From positions 92,730 through 156,729 of the forward strand of contig CAZEMO010000003.1 in assembly GCA_964513375.1 (NCBI GenBank): 64,000 nt of DNA, written 5' to 3'. The notes below the pieces were generated by a model. The model was not told the origin of the DNA. It did not search any database and saw only the letters and a list, made by a program, of their open reading frames with translations. The stretch's first letter is position 1. Every line of letters starts with the position of its first letter. Below are positions 1 through 9,115 of the stretch, piece by piece. This DNA is from an uncultured Bacteriovoracaceae bacterium (GTDB lineage: Bacteria > Desulfobacterota > Desulfomonilia > UBA1062). A program made the translations under genes and the position numbers.

Positions 1-1301
1 GGTGTTCGTATGCATCGGGCCCGGATGGCGGGTTGACGGAGATAGATCACGATAAAATTCATGACTCTGTATCTGCCATGGCCTCGAAAGGTCTTAGAAT
101 ACTTGCGTTCGCGTCAAAAAAAGAGTGTAAAGATTTTGCGAACCTGGGCCATGACGAAGTAAAATCAGGAATGACCTTTATAGGCCTCCAGGGTATGATA
201 GACCCGCCCAGAGCTGAATCGGCCGAGGCAGTCAGAAACTGCCACAACGCTGGAATTCAGGTTAAAATGATAACAGGCGACCATGCCCTTACCGCATCCG
301 CTATTGCTCAGAAAATTGGACTTGCAAATCCCGAAAACGTTCTTACAGGCAAGGATATTTCAAAGCTCGACGACGGGGAGCTTCCAGAAATCACCAGGAA
401 GGTGTCTGTCTTTGCTAGAATAGCCCCGGAACAAAAGCTTAAGCTTGTCAGCGCCATCCAGGCAAACGGCAATATTGTCGCTATGACAGGAGACGGCGTA
501 AATGACGCACCCGCCCTTAAAAGGGCAGATATCGGCGTTGCAATGGGAATCACAGGAACGGACGTGGCAAAAGAGTCGGCCGATATGGTTCTGACCGATG
601 ATAATTTCGCAACGATTGAGGCGGCAGTGGAGGAAGGCCGCGGCACATTCGACAATATAACCAAGTTCATAGTCTGGACGCTGCCAACGAACCTGGGTGA
701 AGGGCTAGTCATTCTTGCTGCAATATTTGCCGGAGTGGTGCTTCCGATACTCCCGGTCCAGATACTCTGGATTAATATGACTACCGCAGTGCTTCTCGGT
801 CTAATGCTTGTGTTCGAGCCCAAGGAAGAAGGGATTATGATACGAAAACCTCGCGACCCTGGAAAACCCATATTGACCAGAATGCTCATCAGAAGGATTG
901 TCACGGTTGGGTTCATGCTGCTCGCGGTTGCGTTCGGTTTGTTCGAGTGGGAGCTCAAGTCGGGTTCGGACATAAGCACGGCTAGAACGGTAGCAGTAAA
1001 TGTTTTCGTCATGGTTGAACTTTTTTATCTTTTCAGCTGCCGTTCGCTTAGCAAGCCTGCTTTCTCAACAGGATTTTTCTCGAATAGCTGGCTCTTTGCA
1101 GGAGTGTTTTTAATGCTCGCGCTACAGCTTCTTTTCACATATCTCCCGTTTATGAACCGGGCATTTCAAAGCAGCCCTGTCAGCCTTGTTTCATGGCTGA
1201 GAATTATCGCCGCATCAATTATAATACTTTTAGTTGTGGAGCTTGAAAAAAAATTATTAAACCCTATGAATAAGAAATCGAAATCTCTTGAGGAGAATTA
1301 A
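1..1301 (+). CDS. Cation-transporting P-type ATPase (P2/Ca2+-type), C-terminal part. The 5' end lies outside the window.
   Basis: The ORF frame is open back to the window start. Conserved hinge motif 'MTGDGVNDAPALKRADIGVAMG-ITGTDVAKESADMVLTDDNF' is present, followed by the C-terminal transmembrane helices typical of P2-type ATPases. Confidence 0.9.
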   Translation, partial: CSYASGPDGGLTEIDHDKIHDSVSAMASKGLRILAFASKKECKDFANLGHDEVKSGMTFIGLQGMIDPPRAESAEAVRNCHNAGIQVKMITGDHALTASAIAQKIGLANPENVLTGKDISKLDDGELPEITRKVSVFARIAPEQKLKLVSAIQANGNIVAMTGDGVNDAPALKRADIGVAMGITGTDVAKESADMVLTDDNFATIEAAVEEGRGTFDNITKFIVWTLPTNLGEGLVILAAIFAGVVLPILPVQILWINMTTAVLLGLMLVFEPKEEGIMIRKPRDPGKPILTRMLIRRIVTVGFMLLAVAFGLFEWELKSGSDISTARTVAVNVFVMVELFYLFSCRSLSKPAFSTGFFSNSWLFAGVFLMLALQLLFTYLPFMNRAFQSSPVSLVSWLRIIAASIIILLVVELEKKLLNPMNKKSKSLEEN

Positions 1302-1302
1302 C

Positions 1303-1500
1303 ATGCTTACAAAAAGTGGACGGAAACTTGAAGAAATCATAAAAAAAGCTATCGATGATCACGTGATAAAAAACTCTGAATATGAGGAAATTATTGAGCT
1401 TGTTCATGCAGACGGCGTTTTCGATGCGCATGAGAAGGTGCTGATGAAGGAGCTCAATGACCTTATAGCAGATAAGACAGTCAAACGGATTAACGGATGA
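1303..1500 (+). CDS. Small hypothetical protein (about 66 aa) with an acidic helical pair, weakly TerB/DjlA-N-like
   Basis: The start was chosen at the second ATG, which is preceded by GGAGAA. It overlaps the end of the ATPase gene by 14 nt. No strong family signature. Confidence 0.4.
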   Translation: MLTKSGRKLEEIIKKAIDDHVIKNSEYEEIIELVHADGVFDAHEKVLMKELNDLIADKTVKRING

Positions 1501-1565
1501 AGAGCCAAGGGTGACGGTCAGAATCCATCAATCGATTGAAATAGCTGGCACTTGTGCCTTGCCTG

Positions 1566-3212
1566 TCAAATGCTTGCTGCGCTGTATGTCCTGTATCCCC
1601 CGTTTAAATTGTAGACTTTTTGGTATCCCTTCTGCATGAGAATCCTGCATGCTACATAAGCCCTCAGGCCGATCCCGCAGTATATAATTATCCTTTTATC
1701 CTTCGGTAATTCGTCAAGACGCCCCCTTAACTCATCCAGAGGTATGTTCACCGCATCATCAAGAAAATCCGCTGCAAACTCTATTGGCGTTCTGACATCA
1801 AGCAGTATTACGTCATCTGCGCCTTCAGGAATTTCGTTCCAATGAATGATTTTCACCTTGCCGCTCAGAATATTCTCGGCAACCATTCCCGCAACATTCA
1901 CCGGATCTTTCGCGGATGAAAACGGAGGGGCATACGCATGTTCGATAACCGAGAGATCATATATTGTCCCCTTATTCTTTATTGCGGACGCAATTAGGTC
2001 TATCCTCTTGTCCACTCCTTCTTCACCTGTGACCTGTGCGCCGTATATTGTACCGCCATCAGGTGAAAACAGCAGTTTGATAGAAAGCATGAAGGCCCCG
2101 GGATAGTAACCGGCATGAGAAAAACCATGCGTTATTGAAGAAATGTATTCGATGTTAGAAGCCTTGAGCAGGCGCTCCGTCACACCTGCGCATGCGCAGT
2201 TCAGGCCGAAAACCTTGACTATGGCGGTTCCGATCGATCCATCATATCTGCTGATATCTCCAAGCGCAATATTATCCGCAACTATCCTTGCCTCTTTGTT
2301 TGCCGGCCCTGCCAGAGGAATGGCTATGGGTTTGCCCAGAATCGGATGGATCATCTCGACCGCGTCTCCGAGCGCATATATGTGAGCGTCGGATGTGCGC
2401 ATGTATTCATCCACAATTATTCCTCCGCCAGGACCCATCTCGAGACCAGCCTCTTTTGCAAGGGAAGAGTCCGGCCTTACTCCTATTGAAAGGATTATCA
2501 TGTCCGCCTTCAGGTTCCTCCCGCCTTTGAGTTGCACTGACAGGCCGTTTTCATCTCGTCTCACAGAAACGACAGTTTCGCTCAATATGAGATTTACACC
2601 CTTCTGAATCATGTGCACTTTAGCGAGAGATGCCATGTCATAATCAAACGGGGGCAATACATGATCGAGCATCTCGACCACGCTTACTTTGATTCCAAGC
2701 TGCATAAGATTTTCCGCCGCTTCTAGACCTATGAAACCCGCGCCTATGACAACGGCATTCTTCGGCTTTCTTTCTTCTATGAATGCCTTTATCCTATCGG
2801 TGTCTCCGACTGAGCGGATCGTAAAAACCGCATCGTCGTCGAAGCCGCTGATGTCAGGGCGGAAAGGATATGCACCGGGTGACAGCACTATTTTGTCGTA
2901 TCTTTCAGTATATTCTCTCCCGGTTTTAAGATATCTAGCATAAACGGTTTTGGAGGTCCTATCGATAAAGGTCACCTCATTCTTTACGCGTACATCCAGG
3001 TTATATCTTGCCCTTAGCCCTTCGGCGCTTTGAACGAAAAGGCTCTCTCTGGCCGGTATCACGCCGCCTACATAATACGGCAGTCCGCAGTTCGCATAGG
3101 AGACATAATCATCCCTCTCAAAGATAATAATTTCTGCATTTTCGTCGAGCCGCCTGAGTCTGGCAGCAGTTGAGGCCCCTCCGGCCACTCCTCCTATGAT
3201 GAGATACCTCAT
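1566..3212 (-). CDS. CoA-disulfide reductase / NADH oxidase family flavoprotein with a C-terminal rhodanese domain (CoADR-RHD)
   Basis: N-terminal 'IIGGVAGGASTAARLRR' FAD fold and the redox Cys in 'SYANCGLPYYVGG'. The C-terminal rhodanese segment is 'DVRTPIEFAADF...IIIYCGIGLRAYVACRIL' with the active-site Cys loop. Confidence 0.9.
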   Translation of the reverse strand: MRYLIIGGVAGGASTAARLRRLDENAEIIIFERDDYVSYANCGLPYYVGGVIPARESLFVQSAEGLRARYNLDVRVKNEVTFIDRTSKTVYARYLKTGREYTERYDKIVLSPGAYPFRPDISGFDDDAVFTIRSVGDTDRIKAFIEERKPKNAVVIGAGFIGLEAAENLMQLGIKVSVVEMLDHVLPPFDYDMASLAKVHMIQKGVNLILSETVVSVRRDENGLSVQLKGGRNLKADMIILSIGVRPDSSLAKEAGLEMGPGGGIIVDEYMRTSDAHIYALGDAVEMIHPILGKPIAIPLAGPANKEARIVADNIALGDISRYDGSIGTAIVKVFGLNCACAGVTERLLKASNIEYISSITHGFSHAGYYPGAFMLSIKLLFSPDGGTIYGAQVTGEEGVDKRIDLIASAIKNKGTIYDLSVIEHAYAPPFSSAKDPVNVAGMVAENILSGKVKIIHWNEIPEGADDVILLDVRTPIEFAADFLDDAVNIPLDELRGRLDELPKDKRIIIYCGIGLRAYVACRILMQKGYQKVYNLNGGYRTYSAASI

Positions 3213-3235
3213 GGTACACCGCTCCTTCTATCATC

Positions 3236-3817
3236 CTATTTTGCAGTCCCGCCTCCGCAGCATCCGACAGGCTTACCTCCGCCGCATGATACCTGAGATT
3301 TTGGATTATTTGAAGAGCCCGATGCAATGATTCTGAGCGCCATGGCTGCAGCCCTGCCTACGACATTCGAACAGTGGCCCGACATATCCTGTTTCATCGC
3401 CATGTTGGCGTCATCAGGAATTCTCAGGTTGAAGCTCCTGCCCATCAGCTTTTTTTGAATATCCGCACAGCGGCATGTCCCGTATTCAGATATGAAGTGT
3501 TCGTGAAGCTCTTTCGCAAGGTCGTAAGACTTGATTGCAGCCAGCGGGTCCTTGAATTCCAAGTATCCCCGGCCGAAGATAAGCCCTATTACCATGGCCC
3601 CTCCGGCAAGCGCGCCGCAGCTCCCGTCGCTGCTTAGTCCTATGCCGTCCGCCAGGCCGCTGGCCGCCTTGAATAGATCTTCGCTGTCAATATCAAGGAC
3701 CTCAAGAAGGGCTGCAACCGTGCTCTGGGCGCATCCTGTACAGGTTATCTCATATTCCTTTGCAATATCTCTGATCTTTTCAATATCCGCTTCTTTTATC
3801 AATTTAAGGTTTTTCAT
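3236..3817 (-). CDS. C_GCAxxG_C_C family putative redox-active protein with a Cys/Gly-rich C-terminal tail
   Basis: Motifs 'TCTGCAQSTVAALLEVL', 'SCGALAGGAMVIGLIFG', 'GTCRCADI' and 'GHCSNVVGRAAAMALRII' match the family layout. The tail is 'CGGGKPVGCCGGG'. Confidence 0.8.
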   Translation of the reverse strand: MKNLKLIKEADIEKIRDIAKEYEITCTGCAQSTVAALLEVLDIDSEDLFKAASGLADGIGLSSDGSCGALAGGAMVIGLIFGRGYLEFKDPLAAIKSYDLAKELHEHFISEYGTCRCADIQKKLMGRSFNLRIPDDANMAMKQDMSGHCSNVVGRAAAMALRIIASGSSNNPKSQVSCGGGKPVGCCGGGTAK

Positions 3818-3832
3818 GGATATTCCTCCGCA

Positions 3833-5131
3833 TCAGGCAAAATGCCACGGCTCTTTCGGTGAAAATAATATTTTATCACCCGAGACCCGTTTACGATAGC
3901 CGTTCTCGTCCAGAATCCTGGTTACAAGCACATTAGGTCTTGACGGGAAAGGAAGGCTCTTCTTGAACTTTGCCTCCGCCGTATCGAGTTTAAAGAGTTC
4001 CTCGACGATCTGTTTTACTGTAGCTTCTCCGAGCCTTGCATGAGTTTCGAGCACATCCCTCCTCAATCCCGAATAGTATTTCTCGAACGTTGAGAAGAAT
4101 GTTATGCACTCATCCTCTCCTCTGGCGCAATCCTCCAGCTGAACGGGATTGAACACCTCAATATTCAGCATGCTCAATGCATCCTTGAAAAAGGCTTTGC
4201 TCCTGTGCGCATCTGAAGCGAGCGAAACAAAACCCTGTTCTGCCATGCGCCTTAATCCTCTCACTGCGGTTATGCATTTTTCAAATGAGCTGTCGAAGAA
4301 TGGTGGATTTATCTCGACCGTGACGTCCCCGCTCAATAAAAGGCGGTTCTGCGGATCATAAAGGCATATGTGCCCGGGACTGTGAGATCCGTCATGAATG
4401 ACAAAGAAGCGACCGACCTGCCAACCCATGAATTCGGTATCGCCGAATGACCTTCTCTCGCGGCTCGAAAGCGGTAAAATTTCAGCCCTTTCGGCAAGGT
4501 TTCTCTTGTTTCCAATCAAGACGCGGTCTATGAGCAGTTTCAGGGCCATCCTGTAATCCTCGTAGCTTGAATCTGGCCTAAGCTCCGACAGGTATTTCCA
4601 TACCAGCGCATATTGGGGCTCTTCATATTCTTTGAAATTTCTGGCGTATATTTCTATCTCCTGAAGAATATCCTTCCAGGACTCGTACGGATTGAAGAAT
4701 GCCTCGAGTTTTCTGAAGTCGCCGAGCCAGTGATATGCGCTATCTATTACCGGGACCTCCGGTTCGGGCAGGAGGAACCGCACGGTCTTGAAACCGGCAT
4801 CAAGTACCAGATCGTTGTTCAGCGCATGGTCCCAGTGCCCCTGAGTGTCCATGAGTACAAGATTACCGCAGCCTGCGGCCGAATATTTTCTGAGCACTTC
4901 GAGTATCCTCTGCCTGTAGAAAGGCTGCATGCCAGAGTCCAGCATGAATACTGTGTCCCTATCTCTCAATATGTAGACATTGCTGGACGGCGGTGCGAGA
5001 AAAAAAGAAAAGCCTGCAAAACCTTCGATCTGCCAGATATCCGGGGCGATCTCCTTGACGGCTGATCTGGCAAACGCCTCTTCCATATCAGGGAAACAAA
5101 AAGGATGAAGCTTCGGACAACTTTCTTTCAT
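3833..5131 (-). CDS. Metallo-beta-lactamase-fold hydrolase (432 aa) with an uncharacterised C-terminal extension of about 140 aa
   Basis: Core motifs are 'FMLDSGM', 'DTQGHWDH' (an HxHxDH-like motif) and 'HDGSHSPGH'. GGAGG lies 6 nt before the ATG. Confidence 0.75.
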   Translation of the reverse strand: MKESCPKLHPFCFPDMEEAFARSAVKEIAPDIWQIEGFAGFSFFLAPPSSNVYILRDRDTVFMLDSGMQPFYRQRILEVLRKYSAAGCGNLVLMDTQGHWDHALNNDLVLDAGFKTVRFLLPEPEVPVIDSAYHWLGDFRKLEAFFNPYESWKDILQEIEIYARNFKEYEEPQYALVWKYLSELRPDSSYEDYRMALKLLIDRVLIGNKRNLAERAEILPLSSRERRSFGDTEFMGWQVGRFFVIHDGSHSPGHICLYDPQNRLLLSGDVTVEINPPFFDSSFEKCITAVRGLRRMAEQGFVSLASDAHRSKAFFKDALSMLNIEVFNPVQLEDCARGEDECITFFSTFEKYYSGLRRDVLETHARLGEATVKQIVEELFKLDTAEAKFKKSLPFPSRPNVLVTRILDENGYRKRVSGDKILFSPKEPWHFA

Positions 5132-5167
5132 GGTATACCTCCATTATTCGTATTTGCCCATATATGG

Positions 5168-5184
5168 AGCAAGTCTCATGCCAG
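5168..5184 (-). promoter_or_regulatory. Sigma-54 (-24/-12) promoter reading toward the MBL-fold / C_GCAxxG / CoADR-RHD operon
   Basis: The minus strand reads TGGCAT-GAGAC-TTGCT. GG and GC are spaced exactly as in the TGGCACG-N4-TTGC consensus. The predicted transcription start is about 25 nt upstream of the ATG at 5131. An enhancer-binding regulator gene lies divergently, adjacent. Confidence 0.5.
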
Positions 5185-5275
5185 CAGTGATATCTTTTTA
5201 TCTTATTGTTTTTATATAATTATATTACATTTATTTTTTATATTTATTTTTTATTGACGTTATTGGGTCATTATA

Positions 5276-8200
5276 ATGTCCATATATTGCCATTTAACAT
5301 TGCAGTACGTTGTAAATGATGATATCCGTTATCGCGGTATGGGAAAAGAGAACATAAAAAAAGACGGGTATAAACTGTCGCCTGAGCAATTAAAGATGCT
5401 CGCTTTCCTGAATGCGGTTCGAACACAGGTACATATAGATACTGTCGCTGCAATAGTTCAAATACGACCTGCCTCTCTGATTGCACTGATCAATGATGGA
5501 ATACATTCAGGATATCTTGAAGAGACACAGAAGGACGTATACTCTCTTACGGCTGATCTCCCTTCATGGATAGAGTCCGGCATCAGGATAGTCGCTGACA
5601 ACAACTTCTTCCATTCTCTTCTCGGATCGATAGAAAGCATTCAGGCTGCAGACCTGCTTCCAACAAGGTCAATGGCGGCGATTCTTGAGGGTGCGGGCAG
5701 AATGTATGAGGCGGCGTTTGCATACCATGACTCCGCATCGAAATACCTCTTGGAAGACAGCGTGGAAAATAGTCTTGAATGCGAACTGGCTGCCATAGAA
5801 ATACTCAAAAAGGAGAAGTCCTCGAAACACAGAAATTCGCTTTTCGTATCTGCAGTGATGGGACTTTCGGGTCTCTACATACGCCTCTCTCAGGCCCATC
5901 CGGAAATCATCACTCTTCTCAGGGTCGCCAGAAAGATAGCCCTCGGCATGGGCGACAGGAGGTCTTCGGTAATAATAGACCTGCATCTGGGGCGCTACTA
6001 CTTCATGAGCAACAAGCTCTCTGAAACCCTTGATGCCCTGCATAAGGCCGTCGAAGAGCTCGACGGGTTCATGGATGACGATATGAGGGATCAGGCAGGG
6101 CAGTTCGTAGGTCTTTATTATTATCTTCAGGGCAAGTATGAAGATGCGGCCGAGCATCTTGGCAAGGCAATCCATACATCTTCCAATTCACTTTACGGGG
6201 CACCAGATAATATACTGCTTCTGTTCTATGCATTCAGCTGCGCCTGCACCGGGCAGTTTCACAAGGCTATAGGCATCCTAGATGCGGGATGGCGCCGGAC
6301 TTTCAACGCTTCCAAATTCGAACAGACTTTCCATGCAAGGGCGCTCCTCGGATATATTCTTCTGTTGTGCGGAAAGAAGGATGAAGCCCTCGAACATCTC
6401 AAGGCGTCCAGATTTTATGAATGGAAAAACCCGAATGCATTCGGCAGGTGGATCACTGAGGCAGGCTTTGCCATGGAGGCATTCAGGTCAGGGCGCATAA
6501 AGGAAGCGCATGACATACTCATAAATCTTCTTTCAGAAGATATCCACATAAGACAATATCCGGTGCCCGCATTCTTCGAGATGCTTGCCGAATTTGACAG
6601 AAGGAAATATCCGGCAATAATGAACATCTCCTATGAACAGGAGAGACTCCGAATCCTGAAGGGCCCCAATGTTCATCTGAAAGGGGCGGCCTTCAGGATT
6701 ATGGCTCAGAATGTTTCATCGGCTTCTCCTGCAAGTCCTCTGATTGCGAGATATCTCTCGGAAAGCGAGAGGAATCTCGTCTCATCCGGAGATCCGGTGG
6801 AACTGGCCAAGACATACGCCGAGTTTGCAAGATACTATATCCGCAGAAAAAAGAAGGAAAAGGCATCGGAATATGCGATAAAGGCATGGGAGAGCTTTTC
6901 AGGCCTCGGGGACATATACCTTACCGATGATATAAAAAACCTGCTTACCGGCGAAATAAAATCCAGGCCTACGACCGTCGCTCGCGATGACATAACGGCG
7001 AGACTTGTAAAAATGATTGGCGACATCATACCCTCATATGATTCCGACAGCCTTTTCGACAAAGTGCTCGAGGCTATAACCGGATTTCTAAAAGCCGAGC
7101 GCTCTGCTCTGTTTCTCTTCACCAGAGAACAGGGAAAAGCACCGACATTGAAGGCTTCTCAATCCATATCTAAAGACGAGGTCAATGCACCCCCGTTCCA
7201 CAGCGCACTTTCACTGATATTCTCAGCAAGAAAAGTCAAGATGCCCGTATATAAAACACTGACTGACTATAACGGCATTGAGCGCACTGTATTATGCATA
7301 CCGGTAAATGCAGGGCCGGATTTCGATGGCGTCATGTATTTTGAATCCCTTTTCATCGCAGACGCAATGACAGACACGTCAGGTACTGTACCCGGCCTGC
7401 TCATGGATATAGCGGGCGATGCCTTTGCAAAGATAATGAGGCTTGAAACTGCAAGGAACATAACAAAATCATTACCATGTGAAGACATACATCCCTCAGA
7501 CAACAAAGATGATGAAATCATCGCAAAAAGCAGCGTAATGACCGGAATGCTCTCAGAGTTGGACAAGGCAGCCGCAACTGACGCCTCGATTCTTGTAACC
7601 GGAGAAACAGGCACAGGAAAAGAACTTATCGCCAGGCGCATACATAATAGGAGCATGCGTGCGGGAGGCCCCTTTATTACAGTCAACATCGCCGGCATAC
7701 CGGAAACACTCATAGAAAGTGAGCTGTTCGGGAATGAAAAGGGTGCTTTCACAGGGGCAGATTCACGTCACATAGGAAGAATAGAACTGGCCCACACAGG
7801 GACGCTTTTCATAGACGAGCTCGGTGAGATCCCTCTTTCAGTACAGATCAAACTCCTTCGAGTTCTCCAGGATGGGACCTTCAACCGCCTGGGTGGTGGA
7901 AGAAGCATAAAGTCCGATTTCAGACTTGTCACCGCTACAAACAAAGACCTTGAGGCCGAGGTCGAGAAAGGGGGTTTCCGCAGAGACCTGTTCTACAGGA
8001 TCAACACCTTTCATATCCGCGTACCGCCGCTTCGAGAGCGGAAAATCGATATCGTACTTATTTCTGAAGCTTTCATCAGGCACTTCACAAAAGAATTCAA
8101 CAAACCTTACGTCGAGCTTTCGCGGGAACAGCAAGAGGCTCTATTGAATTATCCATGGCCCGGCAATGTCAGAGAATTGAGAAACGTGATCGAACGCAGC

Positions 8201-8434
8201 ATCCTGCTGTCGGACAAAAATTCCATCGAACTCGCCCTTCCGGTATTGCATAATCAGGAACATAAGGACATCTTCTCCGGCACCCCTACCCTCGATGAAC
8301 TTCAAAGACGCTACATAAAACAAGTGATTGAGATGGCAGGGGGAAGAATCTCCGGGAAGAACGGCGCTTCCGCAATCCTTGGAATCAAAAGAACGACATT
8401 GAACGCAAGGATGAAGAAACTGGGCATCCGTTGA
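5276..8434 (+). CDS. Sigma-54-dependent transcriptional activator (enhancer-binding protein, EBP) with a large N-terminal TPR-like region, a GAF domain, an AAA+ sigma-54 interaction domain and a Fis-type HTH
   Basis: AAA+ motifs 'GETGTGKELIARRIH', 'ESELFGNEKGAFTGA' (GAFTGA) and 'ELGEIPLSVQIKLLRVLQDG'. C-terminal HTH 'GKNGASAILGIKRTTLNARMKKLGI'. The real start may be the ATG at 5339, because a TATAAT box overlaps the ATG at 5276. Confidence 0.9.
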   Translation: MSIYCHLTLQYVVNDDIRYRGMGKENIKKDGYKLSPEQLKMLAFLNAVRTQVHIDTVAAIVQIRPASLIALINDGIHSGYLEETQKDVYSLTADLPSWIESGIRIVADNNFFHSLLGSIESIQAADLLPTRSMAAILEGAGRMYEAAFAYHDSASKYLLEDSVENSLECELAAIEILKKEKSSKHRNSLFVSAVMGLSGLYIRLSQAHPEIITLLRVARKIALGMGDRRSSVIIDLHLGRYYFMSNKLSETLDALHKAVEELDGFMDDDMRDQAGQFVGLYYYLQGKYEDAAEHLGKAIHTSSNSLYGAPDNILLLFYAFSCACTGQFHKAIGILDAGWRRTFNASKFEQTFHARALLGYILLLCGKKDEALEHLKASRFYEWKNPNAFGRWITEAGFAMEAFRSGRIKEAHDILINLLSEDIHIRQYPVPAFFEMLAEFDRRKYPAIMNISYEQERLRILKGPNVHLKGAAFRIMAQNVSSASPASPLIARYLSESERNLVSSGDPVELAKTYAEFARYYIRRKKKEKASEYAIKAWESFSGLGDIYLTDDIKNLLTGEIKSRPTTVARDDITARLVKMIGDIIPSYDSDSLFDKVLEAITGFLKAERSALFLFTREQGKAPTLKASQSISKDEVNAPPFHSALSLIFSARKVKMPVYKTLTDYNGIERTVLCIPVNAGPDFDGVMYFESLFIADAMTDTSGTVPGLLMDIAGDAFAKIMRLETARNITKSLPCEDIHPSDNKDDEIIAKSSVMTGMLSELDKAAATDASILVTGETGTGKELIARRIHNRSMRAGGPFITVNIAGIPETLIESELFGNEKGAFTGADSRHIGRIELAHTGTLFIDELGEIPLSVQIKLLRVLQDGTFNRLGGGRSIKSDFRLVTATNKDLEAEVEKGGFRRDLFYRINTFHIRVPPLRERKIDIVLISEAFIRHFTKEFNKPYVELSREQQEALLNYPWPGNVRELRNVIERSILLSDKNSIELALPVLHNQEHKDIFSGTPTLDELQRRYIKQVIEMAGGRISGKNGASAILGIKRTTLNARMKKLGIR

Positions 8435-8468
8435 GTTTTCTATCACTGCGGTATGAAACGTTTTCCTT

Positions 8469-9095
8469 TTACTCCAGAAGACTCTGCACACATTGGACTG
8501 CGGTAAAAGCATCCGGCGCATAACCGCTGGCACCGATTTTATCTGCAAATTCCTGAGTCACCGGAGTACCGCCCACGATAATTCGTGCTGCCGGATCAAT
8601 TGCCCTTATGGCATCTATCGTCTTCTTCATATTGAGCATGGTTGAGCTCAAAAGTGCTGACAGCCCAAGTATATCCGGTTTCATGTTTTTATAGGCCTCA
8701 ACGAATCTCTCTGTTTTAATGCCTTCTCCCAGATCAACAACCTCATAGCCTGCCCCTTCAATGCACATCCGGACAAGGTTCTTGCCGATGGAATGAATAT
8801 CTCCCTCCACCGTTCCCAGCACCACCTTACCCCGATCTTTAATCTCACCCTTAAAACGTGCTTTCAGACAAACCAACCCCTCTTCCATTGCATGAGCCGC
8901 AACAATCAACTCAGGAATAAAGGCCTCTCCCTGGGCGAAACGCTCACCTATCTCCTCCATGGCCGGCATCATTGCCTGTTCCAGAATTTCCCGCGGTGTC
9001 ATCCCATTATTAATTGCCTCTTCCAAAAGAGAAGTTATTCTTTCATCATCCCCTGACTGAACAGCATTTTTGATATCTTCCAGCGTTTTTATCAT
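8469..9095 (-). CDS. Cobalamin-binding corrinoid protein (MtaC/MtbC-like)
   Basis: N-terminal B12-binding-2 helical cap and the Rossmann B12 domain with the DxHxxG motif 'EGDIHSIGKN'. Confidence 0.85.
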   Translation of the reverse strand: MIKTLEDIKNAVQSGDDERITSLLEEAINNGMTPREILEQAMMPAMEEIGERFAQGEAFIPELIVAAHAMEEGLVCLKARFKGEIKDRGKVVLGTVEGDIHSIGKNLVRMCIEGAGYEVVDLGEGIKTERFVEAYKNMKPDILGLSALLSSTMLNMKKTIDAIRAIDPAARIIVGGTPVTQEFADKIGASGYAPDAFTAVQCVQSLLE

Positions 9096-9115
9096 TGCCT
9101 TTCTCCTTTAATGTT

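Noticed and set aside
308-1012. 234-aa ORF antisense to the P-type ATPase gene
   Set aside because: It lies within a highly conserved ATPase coding region and has Ser/Thr/Pro-rich composition typical of an antisense frame.
1541-1560. TGGCAC motif near 1547
   Set aside because: It sits between convergent gene ends (1500 and 1566) and has no properly spaced TTGC. It is better read as a short GGCA-CTTG-TGCC hairpin than as a promoter.
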